NCBI GenBank assembly: GCA_020353515.1
Contig: CP070695.1
Span: forward strand, 633,722-697,721
Reading direction: 5' to 3'
DNA length: 64,000 bases
Source of the DNA: Candidatus Heimdallarchaeota archaeon
GTDB lineage: Archaea > Asgardarchaeota > Heimdallarchaeia > Hodarchaeales > Hodarchaeaceae
Both the position numbers and the translations under genes were made by a program. The notes beneath the pieces were generated by a model, which had not been told where the DNA came from, searched no databases, and saw only the letters and a list, made by a program, of their open reading frames with translations. Below are positions 10,144 to 19,059 of the stretch, piece after piece. Position 1 is the first letter of the stretch. Every line of letters starts with the position of its first letter.

Positions 10144-11661
10144 TTGTTGAAGACCTTAATCATCTGTTTTCCGAAATTCCCCTTTCTTATCCTAATAATA
10201 GAAAGGTGGTACTTAATACACTTAATTAAAGAGAAATCAGCTTTGAGCTCACAAACTGATAGAAATTCAATTTTGGAATATTTTCGTCCTCGTGGAAAGA
10301 TAGTGTGTATTGGTGAGGACTTAACAACTGAATTAGGAATTATAAATGAATATTTAGCTACAAAAAATGATGCTCGTCTTCCTCATTTATATATAACCAC
10401 AAATCCAGCCTATAAAACTGATACGTGCGATCAGGTGGTTGTTTTTGATTCCGAAACGATGATGCCTCAGATATATCGTCTCTTAAATTCATACTTTTTA
10501 ATATTCATTTTCAATTCCTCTGAGGAAGGGATTTTCAAAATACTTGGGGCAATTTTAGCTTCTATCAAATTCTCTGGTTCTATTCCCTTATTTATTGATA
10601 CAGGAAAAGGATTATCTCAAGACCAAAAGGAAATTTTTGGTCAAAACTATTTCAATTTTGATTGTTCGATAAAAAACGGTCGTTGGGAATTTTTAATATT
10701 CATAGACAGCATAATCTCAGGACTTACACCATCTTCAGGATTTGGAGTGTCTTTCTCAAATTTAATCCGAATTTTTGGGAATTCTAAGTGCTTGTATTAT
10801 GGAATTTCCTCTTCTAAGAATTTAAATGATGCGATAGAAGAATCTATTAATCAAATCGGTGAGAAACTTGTTACTACTCTGCCTGAAAACCTTGAAAAAT
10901 TGCAAGTAATATTTCTTTCAATAGCTTCTGATAAACCTCTTAGTTTGAAAATATTGAACGAGATATCCAAACAAATTGCTAAAACCTTTGGAAAGGACAT
11001 CGAAATAGTTTTCTCTAATGTAATTGACTCACAAGCGTCAAGTTGTAATATCGTTATTATTTTAACTGATTCTCACCCAATAGATAGCATTATGCACAAT
11101 ACAACATCAACAGAGCTCCTTAATTCTGTAATTCCAAAACTTGCATCATGTGAAGCTTCAAATGAAAGAGATATCACGGACCCCATGCTTTTTAATGAGA
11201 TTTCTGATGAAGACGAGCGTTTTAAGATTTTAAACAGAATTTTCTCGGATTCTGAGATATATATTTTCGATGATGGTGGGCTTCCTTTATTTGCGAGTCA
11301 CCGTCCAGCTGGACAAGAAGTGTGTCTTTATACAGGCCTTTTTTCTGCAATTCAATCAATGAGTTCTGACTTAATCGGACACACACCTGACCATTTAACT
11401 GCAGGAGACAAACGATGCGTTTTTGTGTCACAGCTTGGGCCGCATAATTCTCAGTTACGAGGGGTTGCTATTTTCAACGCTGGCCTTGAAAAGAGTGCTC
11501 GTAATGATTTGACTGCATCCATGAATTTAGTTAAAAGACTTTTAGAGAAAGGAGAACCCGAATATGCTATTAATGACAAAATTCAAGTTCTTCTTGTTAA
11601 CGGATTCCATAATGGATCAATTGATAGCATTTTGAAATTAGCTGATTTCCATGCAAGCTGA
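10144..11661 (+). CDS. Degenerate FtsZ/tubulin-like domain fused to a C-terminal longin-like domain (start uncertain, may lie ~10216-10243)
   Basis: The segment ~10744-11070 follows the FtsZ C-terminal-domain pattern and lacks a GGGTG motif. The C-terminus 'IYIFDDGGLPLF...LYTGLFSAIQSMSSDL...HLTAGDKRCVFV' fits the Asgard longin pattern. Confidence 0.6.
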   Translation: MLKTLIICFPKFPFLILIIERWYLIHLIKEKSALSSQTDRNSILEYFRPRGKIVCIGEDLTTELGIINEYLATKNDARLPHLYITTNPAYKTDTCDQVVVFDSETMMPQIYRLLNSYFLIFIFNSSEEGIFKILGAILASIKFSGSIPLFIDTGKGLSQDQKEIFGQNYFNFDCSIKNGRWEFLIFIDSIISGLTPSSGFGVSFSNLIRIFGNSKCLYYGISSSKNLNDAIEESINQIGEKLVTTLPENLEKLQVIFLSIASDKPLSLKILNEISKQIAKTFGKDIEIVFSNVIDSQASSCNIVIILTDSHPIDSIMHNTTSTELLNSVIPKLASCEASNERDITDPMLFNEISDEDERFKILNRIFSDSEIYIFDDGGLPLFASHRPAGQEVCLYTGLFSAIQSMSSDLIGHTPDHLTAGDKRCVFVSQLGPHNSQLRGVAIFNAGLEKSARNDLTASMNLVKRLLEKGEPEYAINDKIQVLLVNGFHNGSIDSILKLADFHAS

Positions 11662-11695
11662 TTAAGACTTGCTGAAATAATGTAGAAGAAAAAAG

Positions 11696-12337
11696 TTATC
11701 GAGATTTTGGGACTGAGTTATAAGAATCCTGTTGAAACACCCGTTCACAAACTTTCTCGACATGTGTGAATTCTTCCATAAGTTCTTGAATATGCCCAGG
11801 TTCAATGTAAATCTCTGACGTCCAGAGAACCAAGCAAATCGTGATCTTTGTGGGTTGTAAAGAAATTGATTCTTGAATTTCTTTTATTAACTGCTTTCGA
11901 AGTGTGAGTTCAGTCTCGTACATATCAACTATTTCTTGGATAGTTCTTTCTGCTTGCTCTATAATCTCGAGGTCATATGGCCATGTATCAGTTCCTTCCG
12001 TCACATGTTTTCTGGCCATTACTGAGAAATCTAAACGAAAAGTTCGTTCTATTTTTCTCATTTCGCTAACAATATCAGACAATTGATCAATATAAGAAAA
12101 AAGATCAGTAATACTTTTATTTATCAATTCTGCTAAATGGAAGGCTAATCGTTCTGGAATATCAGTAAATTTGGATAACAATGTTTTTGAAAAAGCATCA
12201 GGACGTTGAGTCAGGTTTAATCTTGAAAGAATAGTTAAAATATTATTTACCGTTCTTAATGAATGGCCTTGAACTGTATTCCATTTCTTCTGAGAAATTT
12301 GAAGTCTCTTCTTGAAGACACGAATACGCTGACTCAA
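11696..12337 (-). CDS. CINP/C1orf109-like helical protein
   Basis: 'TWP...MYETELTLRKQLIKEI...LVLWTSEIYIE' resembles the remembered CINP C-terminus (WP...MYRKELLLKRTVAKEL...LSMWLHQPYVE); similar length. Confidence 0.6.
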   Translation of the reverse strand: MSQRIRVFKKRLQISQKKWNTVQGHSLRTVNNILTILSRLNLTQRPDAFSKTLLSKFTDIPERLAFHLAELINKSITDLFSYIDQLSDIVSEMRKIERTFRLDFSVMARKHVTEGTDTWPYDLEIIEQAERTIQEIVDMYETELTLRKQLIKEIQESISLQPTKITICLVLWTSEIYIEPGHIQELMEEFTHVEKVCERVFQQDSYNSVPKSR

Positions 12338-12625
12338 ATTATTTCCAAACCCAAATTATTGGTTTTAAATGTGTGGGATTCTGACTATAATCAGAAAGGT
12401 TTTTTTTTAAATCTTTTAGTTGAATAATTGTATGAGAACTATATTAAGTTAATCAAAAGGGATATTGATTACTTTTTTTAACGCGTATATATTACAGCTA
12501 TACAGGTGATTTGTTTAAAGTAATAAATCCAAATCAAATAATCTCTAGGTTTAAAGGTAAAAAATAACTAGAGAAGCTGACTGTGTAATTAATGTTTCTA
12601 CAACCCCCCCATCGGAGTAAAACTA

Positions 12626-14770
12626 ATGAATATTAAACCACAAAAACTCAATATCTTACTGATGGTTGTATTAGCATTAAGTTTTCTTGTTAATTGGTCT
12701 TCTCCACTTTCCCTAAGTTCAACTTCAAATATGAGGTTAGATCATCGAAATAAGATTACCAGGCCTTCAGATATAGTTTTAAAAAATGGGGTTCCTTTCG
12801 ATGCCCTCTTTACTAATGAATCATCGTCACATACTTATAAAATACGCCAAGTTTTGCAGGGACAAGAAGTTTATTTTTCTCTTAATCCTGATTATGATTT
12901 TAATGTGACACTCTATACTCCTTCAGGAACAATTTTTGAGATCGAAAGAGTAAATCATGAAACAAAGTATTTAGGGGTATGGGAAACATCAGTCAGTGGA
13001 AATTGGAGAATACAGGTGGATGATACAAGGCCAGTGAAAAATGAGAATCTTTCTTATAGCATTCAAGTAAATATGCCACTATTTGGTTTTAATGAAGTAT
13101 CAGCACAAGAACTTGACAGCTCAGTTTTTCAAGCTAATTTTAGTATAGACCATGAAAATCATTATTGGAAGGTCTATTTACACGATAATCAGAATGGAAC
13201 CCTTTTACTGAAGGAAACAGAACAAAGTGTTCTTTATAAATCAAGAATAACAATTTATCGTCGAGGACACCCCCAAAATCCAGTACTTCCTTCAGACACA
13301 ATTGAGAAAGGGAGTTATAATTATTCGTGGAATGCTTATAGTAATGATTTTTACTATATAGTAATAGGGCATAATCCTGATGAGGCTTTTTCCCCGCTAG
13401 GGGAATATAACATTTCTTTCATTTCTGAAGATGAATTATACAACTTTGAAACTGCAGGAAGGTTGCCTCATAATCAAACTATTTCAGTCCAATCCAATCA
13501 GCCCTTTTCTCCCAGAAAACCTTATTATTTTTGGTTTTTGGTAAATTCTAGTAGAGCGAATATATTTTTAAGGGTATTTGGGGTTGGTCCTGAAAGAAAT
13601 ATTCTGGAAGACTCTACAATTGAGATCTATGATGAAGGTGAGCAAAATCGAATTCATAAAGATCCCTTTGAAGAAATTGATCAAATTGTTGACAAAGAGT
13701 TTAACATCTCTCTGACAAATATTGATGCTGGAAAATATTATTTGAAGATCTCCCCTGAATCGAATGCGGTAGGGACATTCTACATTCATTTTCAGTATGA
13801 TTTACCAAGACCATTTGTTTGGACACCCCTGGCTATATTGCTTTGTTTCCTTGTGCTAGTCGCACTTCCTGGATATCTTATCTATCTTGATTGGAAAGGA
13901 AAGTGGTATCGGATAAATCAGTGGACCGTTCCTGCAGAGTTACAAGATACTTATAAGATTCTCAAAAATAGTTTTAGTGGGATTTTTAAAATTAAAGAGG
14001 TTCCAAACACTTCTATTTTAGTCCCAATTACAAATATTCCTTTCAAGACATTTGGATTGTTAAATTTTATCGAACCATCCGAAAAAGAAACATTAGTAGC
14101 AGTGAAACGTCTTCATCGAAAAATAGAGTGGTTCTTATATTTCTTACTTGGGATAATAATCTTTGATATCTTAAATTTTCTAAGTTTTACTTTTTTTTCA
14201 ATCCATTTTCTTCCTTTTGATGTCTCTAATTCGTTAGATTTATTATTTCTTTTGATAATACCAACAATCATCCTAATAATTATTGTGCTATTTGTAAATA
14301 TACCTTCTTATCTTAGTTACAGTCAAGTAGTAAGTAGGATATCTTATACTATTGAAAATTTCCAAGAATCCTCCCGTAAAGAATTTCCTACAAAGAGTTT
14401 GGATCCAGGACAGGCGTTAAAAAATATCAATTATGTTCGTGTTCTCTGGAACCAAGCCAAACATGCTTTTAAGGAAAGTAACTATGAACTTTTTGTGATT
14501 AAAGCTGATGCAGCAGTCAAAAATCTCCTATCTACTCGTTTTCAACAAGTAGTATCCAGTCCGATATATTCCAAACCTGATTTTCAGTTTCAGGTGACTA
14601 ATCTCCGAAGTCGCGGATTCGATCTTCCCAGCGAAAAAAAGATAGCCCACTTCCGAAATTTAAGAAATAGAATTGTGCATTCCTCAATCACATTAAATGA
14701 AAAAGAATCTGTTGACTGTTTTGCCTTTTATTCAACTTTTATCGCAAGACTGGGTCTTCGATCAAGTTAA
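12626..14770 (+). CDS. Membrane protein: signal peptide, three PPC-like beta-sandwich ectodomains, three TM helices, cytoplasmic HEPN-like domain
   Basis: Hydrophobic N-terminus; about 10 NxS/T sequons; repeated 'Y/W..F...D..l.lY....G.YY..I...G.Y.I' units; three TMs; C-terminal 'QAKHAFKESNYELFVIKADAAVKNLL...RNRIVH'. Confidence 0.75.
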   Translation: MNIKPQKLNILLMVVLALSFLVNWSSPLSLSSTSNMRLDHRNKITRPSDIVLKNGVPFDALFTNESSSHTYKIRQVLQGQEVYFSLNPDYDFNVTLYTPSGTIFEIERVNHETKYLGVWETSVSGNWRIQVDDTRPVKNENLSYSIQVNMPLFGFNEVSAQELDSSVFQANFSIDHENHYWKVYLHDNQNGTLLLKETEQSVLYKSRITIYRRGHPQNPVLPSDTIEKGSYNYSWNAYSNDFYYIVIGHNPDEAFSPLGEYNISFISEDELYNFETAGRLPHNQTISVQSNQPFSPRKPYYFWFLVNSSRANIFLRVFGVGPERNILEDSTIEIYDEGEQNRIHKDPFEEIDQIVDKEFNISLTNIDAGKYYLKISPESNAVGTFYIHFQYDLPRPFVWTPLAILLCFLVLVALPGYLIYLDWKGKWYRINQWTVPAELQDTYKILKNSFSGIFKIKEVPNTSILVPITNIPFKTFGLLNFIEPSEKETLVAVKRLHRKIEWFLYFLLGIIIFDILNFLSFTFFSIHFLPFDVSNSLDLLFLLIIPTIILIIIVLFVNIPSYLSYSQVVSRISYTIENFQESSRKEFPTKSLDPGQALKNINYVRVLWNQAKHAFKESNYELFVIKADAAVKNLLSTRFQQVVSSPIYSKPDFQFQVTNLRSRGFDLPSEKKIAHFRNLRNRIVHSSITLNEKESVDCFAFYSTFIARLGLRSS

Positions 14771-14859
14771 TTTGCTGGATCTGTAATTTAAGGAAGAACT
14801 ATTTCCCGTTTCTTTTAAAGACTTATAAAAACATTCTTAAAGCATACCTTAAGGCGTAG

Positions 14860-16098
14860 TTAATTTCCTCCAAGTCTAACAGAACATTTAGATAATTTTT
14901 TGTCATCCTCAATATAGCCATTTGCCTTGATAATGTACCCTGAGAAATGTGTTTTATCTAGGTCAAAACTAACACGAATATCATATTGAAAAGACTCCCC
15001 TTCTCCTAATGTACTGATATATTTTTCACTAGTTCCTTCTTGGATTTTTATTCCTTCAGGGATTTCTGTTACAATTTTCACGTCCTGAAGGCCTGTTTTT
15101 CCTACATTCTCAGCAGATATGGTTAGTACGTATTCTAAATCCTCCTCTATAGTTTCAGAGTTCATTGATAACTTTAAAGCAGGTACGGCATCTTTAACTA
15201 CAAAAAGAATTGGTGCTGATGTTACTGGGTAATCTCCAGTCTCAGATGGAATCGAATAGACCAGAGAAAGGGGACCTACCGACCAATCCCCTGGGAGATT
15301 AGGGATTAGAGAGAAAATGATAGAATAATTTTCACCTGTACTCATTTTTAATGGAAGTTCAGGGATTGAGGATGTCAACAATCTTCCTCTTGGGCCAGTT
15401 TTCAAACTAATTTTTCCAATGGATAAATGTGCATGAGAAGTTATTGTTACAGATAAATCAAACTCGGTACCTTTTTGAATATCTTCGGGTTGACCCATGG
15501 CTTTTAACTCAACCTCACATAAGGAACACCTTTGCATGACTTTTTCAGCTTCGTCTAAAATGCTGTGAAATTCTTTTGGAAGGTCAAATTGTGGAAACAC
15601 TTCTTTTTTCTCAAAGGTATCACTTGAGTGGATCAAAGTCCAAGTTTTATCAAAAGCTTCCTTGTATTTATCAGAGGAATCCTTGTTTAGTCTGTTATAT
15701 AAGGCAGTTAATTGATCGAATTCCTTTTCAGAGAGAAAAATCAAGAATTTCATAAAAAAAAGTTTATTTATAGAAATAGAGGGTTTTTCAATGTGTCGTG
15801 CCATTTGTATAGCTTTATCAATATCATTTAAGACTTCTTTAGGTCGTTGACCCGTAGAGAGTTTTATAAGAAGGGTGTGATAGTATAATTCCAACGATTT
15901 CTCAAACATATCAGCATATTCAGCAGCTATTGCTGCATTCTCTAAAGAGATGATTCTCATATCAATGGTATCGAATTTTTTATAGGTTTTTTCAAATAAT
16001 TTGGAAGCTAAGGAGTATTTTCCTTGATCAAATGCCATTCGTGCCTTTGAAAAATCTTTTTGAGGATCTATACCAAATATTCGTCGTAAAATGAACAT
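14860..16098 (-). CDS. TPR-like alpha-solenoid plus two C-terminal Ig-like (CARDB/NEW3-type) domains
   Basis: N-terminal 'ARMAFDQGKYSLASKLFEK' TPR-like helices; C-terminal beta-rich 'LTISAENVGKTGLQDVKIVTEIPEGI...LGEGES' repeats; no signal peptide. Confidence 0.6.
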   Translation of the reverse strand: MFILRRIFGIDPQKDFSKARMAFDQGKYSLASKLFEKTYKKFDTIDMRIISLENAAIAAEYADMFEKSLELYYHTLLIKLSTGQRPKEVLNDIDKAIQMARHIEKPSISINKLFFMKFLIFLSEKEFDQLTALYNRLNKDSSDKYKEAFDKTWTLIHSSDTFEKKEVFPQFDLPKEFHSILDEAEKVMQRCSLCEVELKAMGQPEDIQKGTEFDLSVTITSHAHLSIGKISLKTGPRGRLLTSSIPELPLKMSTGENYSIIFSLIPNLPGDWSVGPLSLVYSIPSETGDYPVTSAPILFVVKDAVPALKLSMNSETIEEDLEYVLTISAENVGKTGLQDVKIVTEIPEGIKIQEGTSEKYISTLGEGESFQYDIRVSFDLDKTHFSGYIIKANGYIEDDKKLSKCSVRLGGN

Positions 16099-16259
16099 AA
16101 ATACACCTAAATTTCCAATAAATCGTTATTTCAAGAGAATCTTAGTGTTTTTTGAAAGTTTGGCGAGAAAAGTCGATTTGAGTCTAATAAAAAAATCCGA
16201 AAAAAACATTCAATGAAAAAATAAATAGAAATTATGTTTCTTTTTGTCTTTGAAACATC

Positions 16260-16667
16260 TTAAGATGGGCGAATTAAATCAATTAATTCTCTTTCTCGCT
16301 GTTTTAATATTTTAATAACCTCTTTCTTAAGATTTTCTGGATTACCTGATTCTGCTTTTCCAATTTCATAAACTCTACGAGAAAGTTCAGCATCACCTAG
16401 GATATAGTTAATCCATAAAGCAAGGTCGGAACGCACCACAGGCCCGTTAAGTTGTTTCGACTCAAAGAGACCTTGGGTTGTTTCACGAAAGATGTGAAAC
16501 TGCGCAATTGTGGCTGGAATTTCGGGTAATGTAGATATTAATTCGGATATATTTGAAATTGTTGCTATTACTTTGCCATTACTGCCAAAGAATCGGAAAA
16601 CAAGTTCAGGGCTACATTTTTTGAACGCATCTCTTACAAAACTAGCGGAAGATTCGGTTCCTACCAC
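16260..16667 (-). CDS. DUF5752-family protein
   Basis: 'FRF...ISELISTL..IP...AQFHI...SDLALWINYILGDAELS' pattern. Confidence 0.65.
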   Translation of the reverse strand: MVGTESSASFVRDAFKKCSPELVFRFFGSNGKVIATISNISELISTLPEIPATIAQFHIFRETTQGLFESKQLNGPVVRSDLALWINYILGDAELSRRVYEIGKAESGNPENLKKEVIKILKQRERELIDLIRPS

Positions 16668-17014
16668 TTTAACACCTATGTGTCTTGAAAAAATTATGAT
16701 TCATAAAGGTTTCCATTTTCTTTTGCTTTCAAACGGCTAATAAGGAATTCTATGTCTTTATTCTCTCTATTTAGGTTATTGTGAGGATCATAAATTCCTA
16801 ATAACAGCCTTACGAAAAATTCCTAAATCAATAATTCTCTCAAATATCATTATTCATAGATCTTTAGAAACTACAAAAGCATCCCTATCGTGTAGTAGAT
16901 CATTGTAAGAAGAAAGAAAGCCAGCAAATTATCTCTTTTGGACCAGATATCATCTATAATGACTCTAAAAGACCGTTTTAGGTTATAATAGACCCATAAA
17001 CAGTGAATAAAACC

Positions 17015-18178
17015 TTAGGAAAGAAGATTTTTTATAATTTCTTTCTTTTTCTGCTGGAGTAGATTGTGTGCACTGGAAAACGATGAAGAAATAGCTGAAA
17101 TAGCACAAATTGGGTATTCTGGATGTGATATCACCCCAGGCAGGTTTCGTTGAGTACAAAGACCTATTGGTAAGGGAGGGACTTTAATAGAACGATGAGA
17201 ATATATCGGAAGTTTGTAAGTGGAGACTGAAGAAGTAAATTGGGGGACAAAATCATCTTTTAATGAAAAAAGAAAAGGAACTAGAGTTATGGGGGATATT
17301 CTTTCCCAAATGTCGTAATTTTCATCAGGGAGCACATTACATGAAATTGGGTAAATCTGATTTTCTGATAGTCCAAAATAAAATGAAATTATACCAACAA
17401 TTCCTAATTGAGTGATAATTTTAGAGAGACGCGAGATAATTTTCTTGAAAGTGAAACCAGGTATTTTAGTAAAAGGAATCATACCATTTTTCTCTAAGTG
17501 ATCAATAAAAAAAGTATGTTCATGAGGAGCAGTAAGTGTTTGCAACCCAAGGAATTTTAAACCATGAGTAAAGCCTATAAAAAATGCACAGTGAATCTGA
17601 GAGATTGGGAGGAGAAAACCAGAGAGATTTAACGAATCGAAAGAGGACATAGATGTAGCAGAAGAAATGAAAGAAATTCCATTTTGAGAGACAAAAACTA
17701 CAGGAGAATCCTTTATTTGTTCTTTAGATAGATCAGAAGTAAAAGTAGAAGGAATTAATTCTGGGAATTTTGAGGAAATATTCGTTAAAAAAATATAAGC
17801 CGAAGTAAATTGCTCTAAAATTTTATAACTAGGAGAACAGACCTCTATTTCTCTGGATAACCTGTAAATGTGCTGAGGTTCAGTCTGAAGAGGAGCAAGA
17901 GGAATCAATAAGTCAAATTCTAGATCCTCCAACATTACTAAAGCTAACTCTAGAAGCAGATCAAGGATAGATCGATGCTTAATTCGTAGAATCGAAGTAT
18001 CAGGAGACTGTTTTTCAACTGAAAATTTCCAATCTGCATAGAAGCGAGTTTCTTCGTTTCCTAATAAGTCAACCGCTCCTACTGAAACCTTTGGATCTCT
18101 TTCTTTGATTAACTGGACGATAGATCCGACTTCTCTTCCAATGATTAATACACGCTTTGATGAATGGGATATGGTCAT
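17015..18178 (-). CDS. ATP-grasp-like protein (COG2232 type), apparently degenerate
   Basis: N-terminal 'VLIIG...VGAVDLLGNEE' and C-terminal 'KLPIYS...NLPGVISHPEYPICAI' resemble COG2232; canonical ATP-binding KP/GG and ExNPR motifs are not evident. Confidence 0.5.
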   Translation of the reverse strand: MTISHSSKRVLIIGREVGSIVQLIKERDPKVSVGAVDLLGNEETRFYADWKFSVEKQSPDTSILRIKHRSILDLLLELALVMLEDLEFDLLIPLAPLQTEPQHIYRLSREIEVCSPSYKILEQFTSAYIFLTNISSKFPELIPSTFTSDLSKEQIKDSPVVFVSQNGISFISSATSMSSFDSLNLSGFLLPISQIHCAFFIGFTHGLKFLGLQTLTAPHEHTFFIDHLEKNGMIPFTKIPGFTFKKIISRLSKIITQLGIVGIISFYFGLSENQIYPISCNVLPDENYDIWERISPITLVPFLFSLKDDFVPQFTSSVSTYKLPIYSHRSIKVPPLPIGLCTQRNLPGVISHPEYPICAISAISSSFSSAHNLLQQKKKEIIKNLLS

Positions 18179-18312
18179 GGGAAAAACCTAATTATAGAAA
18201 GAAACCTTGGAAATGTTTTAAAGGGGACTAAAATAAGTTTTTCTTTTTATTTAAATGCATTCAGGAATTGAACTTGGAGATACTTATTAAAGACAAATGT
18301 TGAAAAATATGA

Positions 18313-19059
18313 ATGATAAAAGGTTCATTAAAAGAGTTTTTTGAGTTAATTCAAATGTTTGAAGCCAGAAGTTCCTCTCCTGACCGTAAACGATTTTTAT
18401 ATCTAAGAGTGATTGTAGATTATCTAAAAACAAATAGTCACAGAATTGCTCATCATGCGTTATCACGAACGACCACCCCTTTAGCCTCACGTAATGATAT
18501 TAAACCTCTTCTCTCTTTAATCAATGGGGAAATCGCAGACATATTTACCTTGGATCCTAACAGCAAAAAGACTTTTGTAAAATCTATTGAATCAGATGAA
18601 CTAGTTGCTCATTTCCCAGGAGATATTGCTTTGAATGAGAGTTTGGCACGAATTCAAGGAGAAAATTTAGAGGATATTCATTTTATCTTTGTTACAAATG
18701 GAATTTTAACACCCGAATTATTACAAATTGACTATACAGGTCAATATCCCTATCTAAGTAATGTTACATTTTTAGAGACAAGGTTTGATTCTGAAAGTAT
18801 TCACAAAATTAGTAATCCAAGTATTTATCTTCGCAAAGTTGTGGGTCAAGTTCGACAAGTAGAAACTAATTTCATGGAATCTTCTAGTGATAATTGTGAA
18901 TGTGGAGGAAAATATTGGCAGGGAACTTACAAGATTAATTATTGGGGGAAAAGCCACAGCTTAACGTACTCCGTTTGTGCGAATTGTGGAATTCAGCGTG
19001 AAAGTGCTGATAATCCCAGCTCAATCATGAATTTCTTAATAGGACTTTCTGCAGAATAA
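18313..19059 (+). CDS. Hypothetical protein with C-terminal YgiT/MqsA-type zinc ribbon
   Basis: CECGG...VCANCG near the C-terminus; 248-aa ORF. Confidence 0.6.
   Translation: MIKGSLKEFFELIQMFEARSSSPDRKRFLYLRVIVDYLKTNSHRIAHHALSRTTTPLASRNDIKPLLSLINGEIADIFTLDPNSKKTFVKSIESDELVAHFPGDIALNESLARIQGENLEDIHFIFVTNGILTPELLQIDYTGQYPYLSNVTFLETRFDSESIHKISNPSIYLRKVVGQVRQVETNFMESSSDNCECGGKYWQGTYKINYWGKSHSLTYSVCANCGIQRESADNPSSIMNFLIGLSAE

Noticed and set aside
18313-19059. MqsA-like antitoxin or restriction-endonuclease-like protein
   Set aside because: Only the Zn ribbon and a weak 'FIFVTNG' strand are suggestive; there is no HTH, no adjacent toxin and no clear PD-(D/E)xK motif.
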